A DNA stretch of 64,000 nucleotides from Trichoplax sp. H2 (Eukaryota), in the NCBI GenBank assembly GCA_003344405.1, contig NOWV01000118.1, forward strand, positions 124,001 to 188,000. Direction: 5' to 3'. The position numbers and the translations under genes are program-made. The notes beneath the pieces are model-generated. The model had not been told where the DNA came from. It ran no database searches and saw only the letters and a program-made list of their open reading frames with translations. Below are positions 1-14,668 of the stretch, one piece after another (positions within the stretch are counted from its first letter, which is position 1; each line of letters begins with the position of its first letter).

Positions 1-3000
1 AGTTAAGTATGTATTATACAGTAGATAAATATAATTTTGATGATGTCAAAAAATAATACTTGTCATCGATATCAATATATTACTTCGATTGACTATTTAA
101 AAAAAAATAAAAAAATATACAGTCCAACGATCATGTCAGCATAGAAGGAAGTGATGATGATCCAATTCTTCAACTTAAAAATAGAATAGAGTAAAATTTT
201 GACAATAGATTGATATAGGGTTTTGTCGGTGGAAATGAAAGGTAGGTTGGAGGGAGGGGTAAAGGTGATTCATCATGACTTTGAATGCGTACTAATAATT
301 AATACTGTTAATATATAAGAATAATAGTCGTCAATGGAGATGATAGAATAAAGATGATGAGCATCAATGCATAGAGAGAAGGAGAGAAGAATAGCTGACT
401 ACTAGAAGACAATTGCAAGCCTACTGTACTTGGCAATATTCCATACAAAATGGGGTCGTCCACTATAATGCTGTATTATAATAGTTTCTATAGCTAATAC
501 AGTAAAAGGTAAAATTATGTTTTATTGCATTCAGTTGATAGATAGATCATTTTGCGTTGGAGGAATAGATACCATTTGAGTTAGTACAATGTGTCCATGA
601 AGGTTTATTAATCGATATCGCTATATATAAAACTATTAAAATCGTCGTAAATCATAAATATTATAATAGACTGATTTCTCCAGGAAAAAATAAAATTTAA
701 TGGCAATCTTTATTAGTCGGGCTGAAGTTAGCGATTAATCTTAGATGATTATTATGTACTGTAGACATTAAATACGTGGGTAGCTATTGATACCTGAATA
801 GCATATATAGTATTTTCTTGAATTCATTATTCGACTGCATATAACGTCCATTAATTTGGGCCTTCTTTGGTAAATTTGACATTTCATCCATATATCGGAT
901 GTAAAATTGTACAGTATAATGTCTTGAAGAAGTGCAATCTAACTCATAACTTCTGCCTTACAGTATGCTGCAGTTACCTTGTGTTATACAGTAAATGTGA
1001 TTTTAATAATTTTAGTCTTATATGAGAGGATAACATTAGTTATTACCAATAGTCGTTACTCTGCTGTTTTTTTAGTTCATATATTACTGACACTCTATGG
1101 ATATGATGCCCCCAAATGATACCTATGGTTGAGCTTGTGTCTAACAGATGTAATTATTTAGTTACATTGCTCCTGTGTGTATATTCACACGAACAATTAA
1201 TACTGTATATAGCGTACATACTACCGTGTCATAACTTTACAATGAATTCTCGTAAAATACATATACAGTATATCCTAATTTTTTACAGAGTGCAATCGCC
1301 TTACTGTGCCCAATTAATCTGATTATGGCAGTATATTGCAATGTGCAATACTCATGATCCTAGAATTGTAATTATTGATATCGATAATTTTCGTTTATTG
1401 CTCGTAATCGACCGATTCTGAATGCATTTCAGTTTAATTTTACTTTCCCATTGCTTATTCTTGTGTATTTTCTTACCACTTAATAAATTTATTCATACAT
1501 ATTGCCCACGAGGGTATTATAAGCTCGACGCCAGCAATGATTGGAAATAGTCTAAAATTGCAGTAGTTCAGTAAGCTACCCAGGATGTTTCAACATGCTC
1601 ATACGAGATATATATATATAGTTTAAATGCTCACAGGTCGGCACAAATTTAGAATTATACCCTTTAGCATGCAGGATTTTAATCAGAGAATTGAAATTTA
1701 AAAAATAATAATTAACCATATCGCTTTTATGCACTGCTTTTAAATCAAATAGCATAAAAATGATTACCCTGAAGGCCATAATGGTGAACAGTAAAGAAAG
1801 TATCTATTTCTCTTACGTACTGAACTGTAATCTATGCTGTCATAATAATATATAACAGTTAAATTAATGTTAATTTAGGTTACTGCAATGATGGAGTCTT
1901 CTCTGAGTGGTCTGATGATATAATTATTGAATAATGATTTTGTAGTGAGGTTTCTTTCATGAATATTGTTTGAATCTCCATTACATAAACCTACGCTAAT
2001 ATCTTTTGCTCTATATTGCGGCTCTGTTTTACGGATATACTGTATTAATCTCTTTAGCTAGTCATAACCCGTACACGCGTAGTAAACTGAAGTATTTGTG
2101 AACAAGATCAATCTTAACTTGGACTATTGTTAATTTACGATTATTTTATTTCTATGCCTTAGATACGGCATATAGTAAAATAATTAATTACTTTGCTATC
2201 AAACCTCTGTACTTGATAGCAGGACGTGTAATTGATATGGCAAGCTGGAGTTATAATCTTTTGTATGGGCTATTACCGTAGACTATGCAGTTAGCGCATT
2301 TACTAGCGATAGTATCAACAGAACTGTTCAAAATTAAGTGATAACAGATACATCGCAAGTGCTTTCTAGCGTAAATCGATAGATGGTAAATTATCTTCTA
2401 CTTTATTTACGATTATTTGGTAATCTTAAAAGATCCGATAATAGCTGATTATTTGAGGTCAAAATATGAACAATTATAGTACCGTAGCGCAAAAGTCAAA
2501 AAAATTTGATTTTAAAAGATCGCTAATATGCTTCACTTCATCGTCTAGTTTTTATATGCGTCTTTCAGTATATTAAATATTTTCATTATTCTAAACATAT
2601 TGTAGATTTATTTCTACTCGTGTAGGATCTGCATGGCCAATTTACTATATAACTTATAGAAGTGTTTTTCCTTACAGTGACAAAAGAATTATTGTCCAAA
2701 GAATTTACGATATATCTGTGCCATTTTAACACTTAACGGACTATATAGTGTACCGTATAAGATATCATTCTATTAACTTTAAGATAAAATGGGAACAATT
2801 TAGAGAAATAGCGATGCTTAATAAGAGCTCATACAACAGATAAGCATATTCCCTGAATATTGTAGCTACTTAGTTACTAAATTAGAAATCACAAGAATGA
2901 AAATGTGGAATGTGCAATTCTGTGATTAATTATACTTTCCTTACCTTTTATCCATTCTTTGATTTTAAGGATGAAAAATTTATATTAAGATTAAAGCTTC

Positions 3001-6000
3001 ATCTTTACTTGGTGTACAGCATAGAATGAAAGTAATTAGTTTTCCTGAGCTCAATTACGGTAATAATATAAATATATCTATGGCTCGATGTCCAGTAGGT
3101 TAATGAGATACATGTTTTATGATAACTTCTTGGCCAACAATCAGTCTACATTGCCTGCTTTGCAATGCCCTATATCTCATGCAGATATCAAATGTAATAA
3201 AAGAAAAGCAATATTATACGCTGCATGAACTTTTAATATTGGATGTTTGTTGATTTTGATCTATTCATTGTCTATAATAGATATGTATAGGCTACTGAAT
3301 GAAAATCAATTGTAATGGATAACAATTATTATATAGGGTAGGCGGCGCTCCTACAGCAACATCCAATGGCTGTCATAAGATAAAATTATCACTTTTGACC
3401 GCACTACTAATATCTAGCACGTGTTGTTGGGGTTGCAATTATTTCGATCAATAACTGTCGATAATCAATCTTGATTTGTACAGTATTTAGGAAACTTTTG
3501 TGTCCGATACTGATTCTGTTCCGAGGCAAATTTCTCAAACAACAGTTGGTGGAAATAATATTGGGTAGTTGGACCAATTACGATGCATTTAGTTACTTTA
3601 TGCTACGGCAATAAGACAATTGCATTTCTACCAACTTGCAGCTCGAAAAGGGCTTAACGTTTTCCTTTTGGTAGGTGTTACGGAGTAAACAAGAGTGTAC
3701 ATGTTAGCATGTCTCGCTATAATAATACGTTTGGTCATCAAAGCTGTTACACAGCTTCTACTTTTTGCTTAATGGAAACATTGTCTAGTAATCTTTCTTA
3801 AGGTTTAAATGCTATATTAGTGAGTTTCTGATCAAGCTAAGATACAAAGATTCTTACGATGACTAAATATAGCTTTAACTCCAGCATCGGTGCCATCATT
3901 GCTTTTAAAATTTACAATTACAATGCACGCAATAGTAATTTTTTGCAGCAAACGGATAAGTTTAGTTCCGGATTTTATGCTTGGGACATCATACTTTTAA
4001 GGTATTCACTTGCGTAAAACATTTTTCTTCAGCAACAGTGATTATCGTCACTGCAAGAAAAATTTTTAATTAGTACTAAATTACCTTCAACTTGAGGTTG
4101 TGCTATAATAATCAATTATTGATGGCGATATACTGTAAAATGTTTAATTTTTGCAGTACGTATTACACCCAAAATTTCCGATTACACTTGCGAGACATTT
4201 ACTGAAATGAGTTTTAGTTCCAAGAGCAACTTCTAGCTCCATATTTTGGCTAATACTGTAAATCTTTTCTGTCTAGTGTCTAATTTTTGTTTTGATAGAA
4301 ATTAGAAATTGAAAATGAGCGCTTTCTTTGCGCTAAGCTAGTTATCCAGATTGAGTTGTTATTGTTATTATTGTTGTTGTTTTTTCGTTGTAATTGACTT
4401 GTTTTTCTTGTCTCTTATACTGTACCGATAATAAATCTATGCTGTCTTTATTTGGGCAAGTTTACAATTTTTTAATTGTCGCTAACGGTGACACTACGGT
4501 TAACATCGATCGCCACCTTCTACACCTTATTATAACTTGGCTATGGTTGCTTGTTCTGAAAAGTAAACCATAAATGAAGGCCATTAGTTGATATTCGTTA
4601 CGTTGTAAGATTATTCACTGATGAATTAGTGGAATCGTTAGAAATTAGAGAGGTACCATTAAGTAATTATTTCTGTATTTTATTTTAACCCAACTAGTTA
4701 TCGTTGCTGAAGTACGCTTATGCAGAAAAGATGGATTAGCTCGATTTTGGCTTATTTTAATTGAAATACCTTGTCCTATATATTATTACTTATGCATTAA
4801 ATAGATTCGTGAATGGAATCTCGATATGCTTATTGAAATTTTATTTTATATAATTTTATTTATGTCTTTTTACATCAGTAATTTAGCATAGATGGCGCTG
4901 CTTAACAGCCTAGTATGGTTGTTACGGCCAAGCTACTGTATATAACAGATAACAATGCATGGCCAATCGTGTTCAAATTGAGATATTAAAAGAACTAATT
5001 TCAATTCTGTCTGCTGAGGAATAAAATTTAAAAGTGTTGTGGGTATAAACGCTGTCACAGCGTAAAACGGCAGTAAGATAGGTCACGCAGCTCTAGAGTG
5101 TAAGAAAATGCTACCTTTTAGGATGTATAAATGTACATTCTTGAAATTACTAGGTCAAGCTGACACATAGAATAGCTAGCCGTTGTGATAATTTCTAGCT
5201 ATAGCGGGCCATTAGTGGCATAGTCCGTATAGGTGAAAATAATAAAATACTGGCCCGATTATAGCCAAAGGATTAAGTAGCGTGATATTTTGCGTTAATT
5301 ATGCATTCACTAAAGGATGATGTATAACTAACGTCTTGGATTAAAATATTAATATTATATTATGAATTATTTATCTGTTCAATACGAATTTTACACTACA
5401 GATGAAATTCTAAGCAGAATATGAGGAGGGATATAATTCACGTTTAGATGATTTATTAGTATTAAGCTTCTTATGTTTTCTTTAGCGCTAGCATTGGCGC
5501 TTCGTGTTATTATTTTATACATAGAGGGTCCAGTGTGCATTTCTGTAACTAAGGAATAAAATAGCTTAGCTAGTAATAGCTGACAATGTTAGGTGTTAGT
5601 GTATCTAACACTTTGTAACATGTAGGGAGATTTTTTAAGAGGAATCTTGTAGTATATTGTACAAAATATCTTTATTCTATGGATAGATGTAGTTTACATC
5701 ATGTAATTGCTACAAAGAGTGAGATATTAGCTAATAAAGATAATGACAATGCAATTTTGTATTGATGTATCTATCAAGTTCGTATATAAAAATAAATTTG
5801 CACGCACAACTGATATGGCCTTAACCATATTAAAATTTATCTTAAAATTAGATTTTTACTAAACGTGATAGTTTATGAGAATAATGGAAGATTTAATTGT
5901 CATTCGTAAATTATTGTATCAATATTACATATTATTATCATACGTAATTGCAAATCATGTGCTCTTTATGAAGTAAAGACTGAAAAGTAAACTTTATCAT

Positions 6001-7035
6001 AACTGCTGTGATTGAATACAAGCTGTGTTTGATATCCCACCGAGAAACGTATTAGAAGTTACCGTGATTAATTGGCTATTTAACGAAAAAAATGCTACAG
6101 TTTTAATTATGTTGTACATTGCTGTATGCGCTATATACAGTACTTGTGTATTGAGTCTTGTTAACGTTGATCGCTTTTGATCGTGAGTACAACATGCGTT
6201 AATGAACTATGACAGCAATGCTTGTAGTTGGAAGTTATGAATTTTACTGCGATCAAAAACATAGACTGCACGATTAATGTGTGACTTCTACGTGAATATG
6301 CATATTCGTATGCATATTTACTTACTTTTATAGTGTTCTTCGTAATTAAAGCATGGACGTAAGTGAGTGTTGCGGCAAAATGCTGCTGTTACTTTTATTA
6401 TAGTTACACAAGCGGTATTATCTCGTTACGTAATCCATAAAAAAAATGCGGTAGACGTTCAAGTTATAGCTCATTGTTGGCGCCATCGTTCATATTAGTT
6501 AGCTCTTAGGCCGGTTCTTAAGCACAAATTCATTCGCAAGAAAGGCGATAAAACATTTTTATCATTATAAATTAGTTTCCATGATTTATCTTTCAAAGGA
6601 AACAATAAGTCATTGCATTTGTTACATTCTTTGGTAGTCATTCTCTTATTTTATCAAACAGACACCATATAGTACCAGGAGACCAGTACATCATTTCATA
6701 ATCAAAATAATAGTTATTTTGTTGTATGTGATATGTACAGTACAATTCGAAAATATAATTCTTCTCTTAGATTGTTTATCGTTTCACTTAAAGAATCATT
6801 TTAAAAAGTCACGCTCAATCTATTACAAATAACCACAAAACATTCAGCAACCAATGTCTATGACGTTTTCTAACCAATAGTATTCACATAATAAATTATA
6901 CATTTACCGTGAAGATGACAAGTAAATATCATTGACCTCATTACGAATTTCAGGAGTTACCTACAAAACAGTACTTTCAAATAAATTATTTTCTAATAAT
7001 AGACTAAATATTTGTCAAACGACTCTCCGCTTGTG

Positions 7036-10000
7036 CTATAAATATGGACTATTGACACCAGGATGAAGGAAGGAGCATTCATTCCCATAACGGCAGTGGC
7101 CTTTCTTTATAAAATGGCGACAAACCCTATTTTCTGTTAGAAGAATTAAAATCATTATCGAACTCGCTAAAAACTATAGTTGGAATGTTACTGCAAGCTA
7201 ACGTAAGTAATACGGAGCAGTTTTCGTACCTCCTGCATCTCCTCCGCCTCGGCCTCCTCGTCCTCCTCGGCGCCCTCGACCCCGTGGGTGGTGTCCACCT
7301 CTACCTCGATGGCTTGGTACTGGAGCCGGCCCAATGGATGCAAATTCCTCGTTTGGATAAGAACCATATTCATCTTCAAATGGAGGCCTATCTAAGTGAT
7401 CTGCTGGCATACGAGGCCCTCGGGGAGGATTCATCCCTCTCACTGGGGGACCTTCAGGACCTGGAGGGCCTCCACGCCAATGGTGCATTCTTGGGCCACC
7501 TCTTGCACCAGGGAATCGTTTACCTCGCATTGGTGGACCATGGCCGACAAATCGATCCGGAGGTTGATCTGGGTGATCGTGCGGATAATTATAGTAGTGT
7601 GGGTCCTCTTCAAACTCATGATTTAACTCTTCATCCTCATATTGTGGAGTTACACGATCACCTAATTCAGGCGCATATTGTTCATCCTGATAACCTCCGG
7701 TATGCATCATTTTAGCAGCTAGTTGCACGGCTTTTGCAGCACCGGTATCTGAGCTTCCATGTGTCCTTAGCGATGACGCAGCTGAGGTAATAAGGTCTGC
7801 TATTTCAGGAGGGAGTGAATACCTACCAGCATCTGTTGATGCAAGTGACGAACCAGCTTCAGACAGATCCAGATCAGGATCAGGAACAGGAATTAAAGGA
7901 ATTACTGTTGGATCTTTCGATGAAGTAGTAGAAGGTAGATCTTCCAAATCCGGTTCTGCAGGATTATCAGATACTCTATCCTTAGAGAAAAAAATCTCCG
8001 CTAATACTGTCTGTTCTCTCTTTTCCTAGATAAACAAATGTTTTATTCCAACTATTAGTTATTTAAAAGGCTCACAATAGCGTGCAATGCATGTATACCT
8101 GCGCTACGCATTCATCACTGTGAACACGTCGGTCGGTTATTTGTCCCCCTCTACCTGAGGCAAATTCAATTAAAGCTGGCTTACTCCAAGCAATTGTTTC
8201 CTTCATGTTATCTACCACTTGAAATTTCGCATTCTGAAGTGTTTGTCTTTCTCTCATCATCTCCATGTATTGCGCATCGTGAAAGCTATGAGAACGAACA
8301 TTGACTCGTTCACTTTCATCTAGTTCGAAATAACGAAACCTCGTTAAATTTGGCTCAGAAGCCCAAGTAACCCTTTTTTTTTTCTTTCCAATTTTAACCG
8401 GTTTCATATTGTTAGAAAGTTGATCCACTGGATCAACAGTTTTCTCTACTGTGGCTTCTGATTGAATAGGCTGAATGGTCGGTTCGCTAATAGTTGGAAA
8501 ATTAACTTCATGATCAGGTGAAACTGACTGGGAAGGAAATCTGAGAGCAAGAGAAAATGATAATATAATTAAAATTATAGTTGTATTACTGAAGATTAAG
8601 TTGACTTGATTACTTACGTTTTGTCTACAGGGGATGTAGCAGTTTGTGAAGGTAGTTGGCCGCTTTTGATAGTAGATAACTGAGCTTTCTTTGCACGCTT
8701 TTTACTAACGGAGACAGATAAAGCGTCCATGAAGGAACTACTATCAGTAATCGTGGTTGCAAGAGTTGCGGCAGTAGACTTTGGCTTAGTAGGAGGAATG
8801 TTGGCTGTCATTATCTTCGCTTTATTTGATATTGGTACTTTAACACTGTAGATAACGAAATTTTGGTAAATAATTACATCTAAGTCAATGAAACTGCTAG
8901 TGTTGTAGCACTCACGGTTGCTTTCTAATTTGATTGTTATTTATCGTAGAGTCGTTGGGTGATTCTAGTTTTACACTATTGCTATTGGGTACTTTCGTAA
9001 CATTACGGGCTTTCTTAGCAAGTTCATTATCATCTTCTAATTTCTCTTTTTTTCTTTTCATAGATGAAACGGTATCTTGAACTAGATTTAAACATTAGAA
9101 GTTTATCATCTTACCGCAAACTATGACTTGTGTATCATATTTTCAGAGATACAATATCGCCGACTTACCACCTGTCTCTTTGCGGACTACTTCTTTCCAT
9201 TGTTCCAAAATATCAGTTGCTACATCTTTTACCTCTATTTAAATTATCATAATTGTACATATACATATAATATTGAGATAGGTTGTTACATAATAATATT
9301 CTTACAGTAACAATTTCTTATACTGGCAGTGTTATATACCTGGAGTATGTTTAATTAAGCTTTTTACAGTCTTCCCAGCATTACCCTGAAAGAAATATCA
9401 ACACAGTAAATATTGCTTCGTAGTAAAGCATAAAATGTCTATGATTCAGATAATAAATAATAACAGTTTTAGTATATTTTACCTGCTTTAGAATATTTAC
9501 AGATACAGGTAAATATTTTAGAACCTAAAGGAGGGATAATAGAAATTTTACAGAGATTACACTGTGCATACTCTGTAGTCATTACATTCGACTATAAAGT
9601 AATATAACGTGGTATACTCTCTTACTGATAAAATTTTCGAAAGTAAACACGTATCGTTGGATTCTTTAGCCTCATTTAACCACTTATTTAAAACTTCCCA
9701 TCCACCTGCTGTAACAAATCTATACATAAAATACATTGACATTAGTATGTATTAAGTATTAGGCTCGTTTAAACCTTGGAACACATTATTTGATTACAAA
9801 TTCAGTATCAAATGGATATTAATTGCTACGATACCGACTTTTCTAATGTTTTCCGATGGTCTGACGTCGCTCTAAGAATATCCAAGTATACACATTGACT
9901 CATCGTCTGTGTAGCATCTTTCATTAAACTAGAATAGTTATCTCCAAGTTAGTATATACTTTCCAAGTCAAAGTGTGGATCAATTTAACACTGCTTACGT

Positions 10001-10372
10001 CGATAATTATAATTACCGTTATACAGTCTTACTGGAAACGTATATCTAGTGGTAGATTTAGTGAACTAATCCAATTAACTGATTTACTTCTTAGATTGCA
10101 TTTCTGAATTATTGTTATTAAATCGAAGCAATTGAGATTACCTTATTATTCTGACAACTTCTTGAGCACTCTTTATACATCCGGAAGTTCCTAACATTGA
10201 ACTTAAGGCGTTTAACAACGCTCTCGGATCTCCCCCAGAGGCCTAACGTGAAGTCATAAAAGAAAACCAAAGTTAGGGTTAGCAATTTTTTATTTGATCT
10301 ATGTTTCATGCACTCTTTGAAAGAGAAAGTTAAAGCCTAGATGATTGTAAATAAGTCGGTTGTACTAACCAT
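7036..10372 (-). CDS. PPP1R10: PP1 nuclear targeting subunit PNUTS (multi-exon, about 12 coding exons)
   Basis: Spliced exons give ASGGDPRALLNALSSML...LMKDATQTMSQCVYLDIL...FVTAGGWEVLNKWL, matching the PNUTS N-terminal TFIIS-like domain. The PP1-binding motif is KKKKRVTWASEPNLTRFRYFELDESER (RVxW). A Pro/Gly/RGG-rich exon spans about 7230-8025. The last exon, 7036-7133, encodes the CCCH finger VCRHFIKKGHCRYGNECSFLHPGVNSPYL*. The first coding exon appears to be ATG only (10370-10372), followed by GTTAG. Confidence 0.92.
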
Positions 10373-12190
10373 GTGCACCATATGTTATAATCACGGCAGC
10401 TTCAACAATTATTATAGTTAGTTTTTATCTAAGCGGAAAAGAAAAATCAACTAGATAAATATTACCAATTAAACTATAATTATTATTTTTATAGGTACTG
10501 TGCAATTTAGACCGTATAAGATTGAATTATGACTCGAAACGCTAATAACCGAGCTAGTACTAGTAAATTTTACTCAAATGCATACATAACGATTAAATCT
10601 AAATCATTATTAAAGATGTAATGCGTTCATATAGGAGAGTACTGCATTTTCACGCGGTTGATATGCGCAGCTTTTCAAGGTTGAAATTTGCATGTCGCAT
10701 ACTTTGCAAAAAAATGATTCGGTATAGTCACTACTACGCAATGAGGTCTGCCAATTATTCTCTACTACTAACATACAATTATTACACAATAATTGTACAT
10801 GCTGTATCGAAGGGTTGATTTATTTATCAAGTCACAGCATTACTAGGGGATCGTTTCTTATAACCTACTACACGAACGTTTTTTTAATTTCCCATACTGT
10901 ACTGTAGAGTAATTGGTGTTCATGTGGAAAAGACGATTTGCGACGTATCGCGTTTTCCATCATTATTGCGCTTACTACACACGATTACAGTACATTATTA
11001 TTGTATGTGTTATAAGCATGAAAGTGATACGTCTTCAATTATCCATCGGAGATATCGCATTTTATCATTTCATCTCAAAGTTAATAATTTACTGACTGAG
11101 CACGGCACGCTTATCTTCAATGCAAATGGTAGTGTCATTGTCCTGTTGATGGGTTTCGAGGTCAACTAAGCGTTTAGGTCGAATGGTGTATTTTATAAAG
11201 CGCAGTTAATGGAATACAGTCACTGATACAATAGTCCGTGGTGGTAGAAACAGAAGAGAGTGGCAAAAAGTTCAACATGTAGTATTATCAACAAGAGCCA
11301 TACTGCCAACTGCACACAGCAGAAATTAATCGAGTACTACAGAAACAGCAGGGATGCTGGATTGAAAGAAAACGATGATACTGTTTGTATGTTCAAAGTT
11401 GTCAACATAGTATACCGCACTATACAATTCTACAGTCAATTCCTACCGACCCCTGTGGTCTCTGCTGCAAATGACGGAGTAGGAGTGATACTGTTACAAG
11501 GTCATCTACTGTACAGTACTCCCATCTGTACATAAAGTACTGTACACTGTATAGTCGAGTACTGCATACTGTGATGCAGTAGCAACATAAAAAGGATGTC
11601 TGTCCGTCAGTGCAACACATTGCTGAAGGGCACAAAAAAATGGACTAGAAACAAAACAATTTAGTGGAGTAGAGAATAGCAAATTGCGCCGCCTATGAAA
11701 TGATATAATACCTGGTATACTAGAAAAAGATCGTTTCTTAGTAGCCCTTGATCGTAGTAATTACTGATACTGACTTTCAATAAATAAATAAAACGGCTGA
11801 AATAAGAAAATCCCGTTTGTACTACAAAGTCTAGCGAAGTTATGATGTAATAATAGAACAGTATCTGGAAATACTACATATGTGCCATATACTCTGTACT
11901 GTAGTGTTGTAGTTGCACTGCATCTTTAGCAAATTGTATAGGTAGGCAAAACTAATCAATGGCTGAATCATGTACAGTATATATATATATATATATATTT
12001 TCTATACGTCTTGCGGCCTATATTACAGCCTACAGAAACAACTTTTGGCAATGTAAAATTACTTAAATAGCTAAAAGATATTTGAATTACATGTTATTTC
12101 AGATGTACGCGGGTTATTACCGTACTGGCTAAGAAATCCTTGCCACGCGTACTCATCTGTCATAACGCTCAATACTGTATTCTATAACGA

Positions 12191-12221
12191 ACTGAGGAGG
12201 AAGATACCGTGCCTCCTCAGT
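12191..12221. other. Perfect 10-bp inverted repeat (hairpin)
   Basis: ACTGAGGAGG (12191-12200), an 11-nt loop, then CCTCCTCAGT (12212-12221). Function unknown. Confidence 0.5.
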
Positions 12222-13598
12222 CTTGACTGTATTTCAATCGACATTGAGCAGTGTAATTAAGACATTCTAAACCTTGAATCATTCACTGAAATGGCCTTTT
12301 CCGGTTGCGCAGTAGTCAATAACTCGAACGGCACCTCTCAGTCTTCATTTCTCGTATTCTGACCAGTAAAGTGCAGAATTACTCCCTGCACAACTTTTTC
12401 CTTTAGAAAGTGCTAAAGCCCTATTGACCGAATGACTATATACTTTTACGGTATAAATGTCCAGTACAACTACCGCAAGTATTCTACACCAACGTAGCAA
12501 ACTTGCAATTTAATGATCATTTATCTTAAAAAGCATTTTCATGATAGTTGTCCCAATCCGTAGTGACGCACTCCCTGCTTCCTACTTGGCTTATACATAC
12601 GCCTTTGATATAATTAATTAATTGTCAGCTAAAACTTCAACACGAGGTGCAGTTTCTATCATCACAATGGAATAGTGTACTGTATATGGATGGAATTAGT
12701 GTTATTGAATCAGTAGTGTAATAATACTACGGCATGGTAATCAATAGTTGCTATCTACCGTATAGTGGTACTGTATAACAAGAAGGTCACTGCCGTTTAC
12801 TGTATCACTATGGAATGGTATCTTCCAATGCCCGTTTTAGCGTTAATCGTTTACAGGCGGCCTATGCTTGCCTCTCTTATTACTCTGCTATAGATAGGGA
12901 TAACTAACATCAATCGTTCATAGCGGTAGATGATCTGTTCAACCGCCATTACGTGAAGTTGGAAATATTCATGGAAATAGTAAGAAATAGGTAAATTAGT
13001 GATGCGTGCGTGTTTTACCGTGGTGATACAGTAGAAAAATACGTATGGTTAATATAGCATATCGCGTAATATCGTCTATGAAAGCGATCATTTTTAAGCT
13101 ATTCGTAGCGTAAATTGATAGTACTTTTTAACTATTGGCGATGATTCTCAGGATTTAGTATTGTATTAATGGAGGAAGAGGTACAGCAGCGTCGGAAAGT
13201 CCTGTTGTTGTTGTGCCTAAAATAGACCGAATGAATGATAAACGCCAACTTCTAAATGGAAGAAAAGAGCAAGAAGTTCTTAACGCACATCATGACAATC
13301 GTTTGGAGGAAAAAATGACACGTTCTCCATTGGGAGTTGCGATAGACTAAAAAACTCAACTTCAAATATGAACTGTACAGCACAATTACCTTGAAATGTT
13401 AGTCAATTTGTAATTTTTCGCCGTTGGAATAGCAGGCAATCAATCAACGCGTGCTTTTTTTTTCTGACGCGTTTTACTTTCTTTTTTTTGGACACAGCCT
13501 GGAAAACATTAAAAAAAGTAGATGAACCGTGCACGTAAATCTTGAATCCCTGAGAAGTAAGCAAATTGTCCAATTATATAGGCACTGTATAGACCGTC

Positions 13599-14200
13599 AA
13601 GTACAGTACCGTAGCCTAAAACGGCGTTTATGGTACAGTACACAGGACAGTATGGTAGAGTGTGAGTTCCATATGGGGACTTTGGAAAGTTCCGTACAGT
13701 ACTGTACAGTACAGTACATGATGATAACATTGTACTGTAGGCTTCTTCTGCAGTACAGTACACTGTACTGTACAGTACAGTACCTAAATTTCCAAAAATA
13801 TACTGTAGACGCTGTCTCTTCCAGTACTGGAACAGACTACGTAGAATACAGTACAGTACTGTACTGTATATCAGCCTCTAACTGTAGTCTCAGCATGTAC
13901 CAATGTGATTATTTTCGATGTCTCCCCTTCGTTCCAAAATTAAAGTTGTATTCCGTTAAAATTCCTGTACAGTATTTACATATACCCGTAGAAATTAGGC
14001 TACAACCAAATATAGAAATTATCCAGTTTGGGCCTGATTTAGCTTATACAATTATATGTTTTCAGGGTGCCATCGAAAATAATCACACTCAATACAGTAC
14101 AGTACATTATAGTACACAGTATTCATTCAATTATACTAACTTGTACTGTACAGTACAGTACAGGCTAGTAGCTTAAAAACTTTACTGTCACCGTACTGTA
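13599..14200. repeat. (TACAG)n/(TACTG)n pentamer clusters forming palindromes
   Basis: Dense TACAG/TACTG units. Perfect palindromes at 13762-13781 (20 bp), 13846-13869 (24 bp) and 14142-14157 (16 bp), plus TTCCAGTACTGGAA at 13819-13832. Confidence 0.85.
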
Positions 14201-14668
14201 GCCAAGTTATTGTGTGCATATTTAAACGTCTCTCCCTCCTTACTTTACCTCTAGTGCTGGCTATTTATGGAAACTGCGCCTAATTCGAAATTGAATCAAA
14301 GCTAGTAAACAGCAATTTTGGTGCTTTGGCGGTATTAAAAGTAGCGGCAGTCCTTATTGAGTATCGCTAGCTGTAGCAAAGAGTTAATGGACAGTTCTAT
14401 GGAGGTATGCACACTGCAGTAAAATTAGAAATATTTTGTTATTTTGCACTTGTATTGACGTGGAGACTCTTGGTTGACAATATTGTGCTGTGTGCAGACT
14501 TGACAATGGACAACAGTTTACGTTCTTGATAATTAGCTTAAAGCAGGATATTGATATTAATAGACTGTATAAGAACGATTTCTCTTCTTTGTATTTAGCC
14601 TATTTCTGAGGTGGTCATGTAAAAGTCAAACAGCAAAATCCAAAATTGATCCAGTAAAATAGCAACGT

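Noticed and set aside
1630-3670. Exon-like fragments (GYCNDGVFSEWSDD at about 1880; a hydrophobic, GPI-signal-like frame at about 3337-3453; GT-AG pairs at about 3490-3670)
   Set aside because: I could not link them into a consistent open frame. They are short, stop-interrupted and have no recognisable homology.
7185-7715. Plus-strand ORFs of 176 and 76 aa
   Set aside because: They lie antisense to the GC-rich Pro/Gly exon of PPP1R10 and have no independent features.
11978-11997. (TA)n microsatellite, with others at about 1608, 49392 and 51803 and (TTG)n at about 4355
   Set aside because: These are ordinary simple repeats in an AT-rich genome.
13159-13350. Open frame of about 63 codons after an AG (YCINGGRG...VAID*)
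   Set aside because: It has no convincing upstream exon in phase and no recognisable homology.
13509-14176. 215-aa and 84-aa ORFs rich in YCTVQY/STVLY
   Set aside because: These are translations of the stop-poor TACAG/TACTG repeats and are not protein-like.
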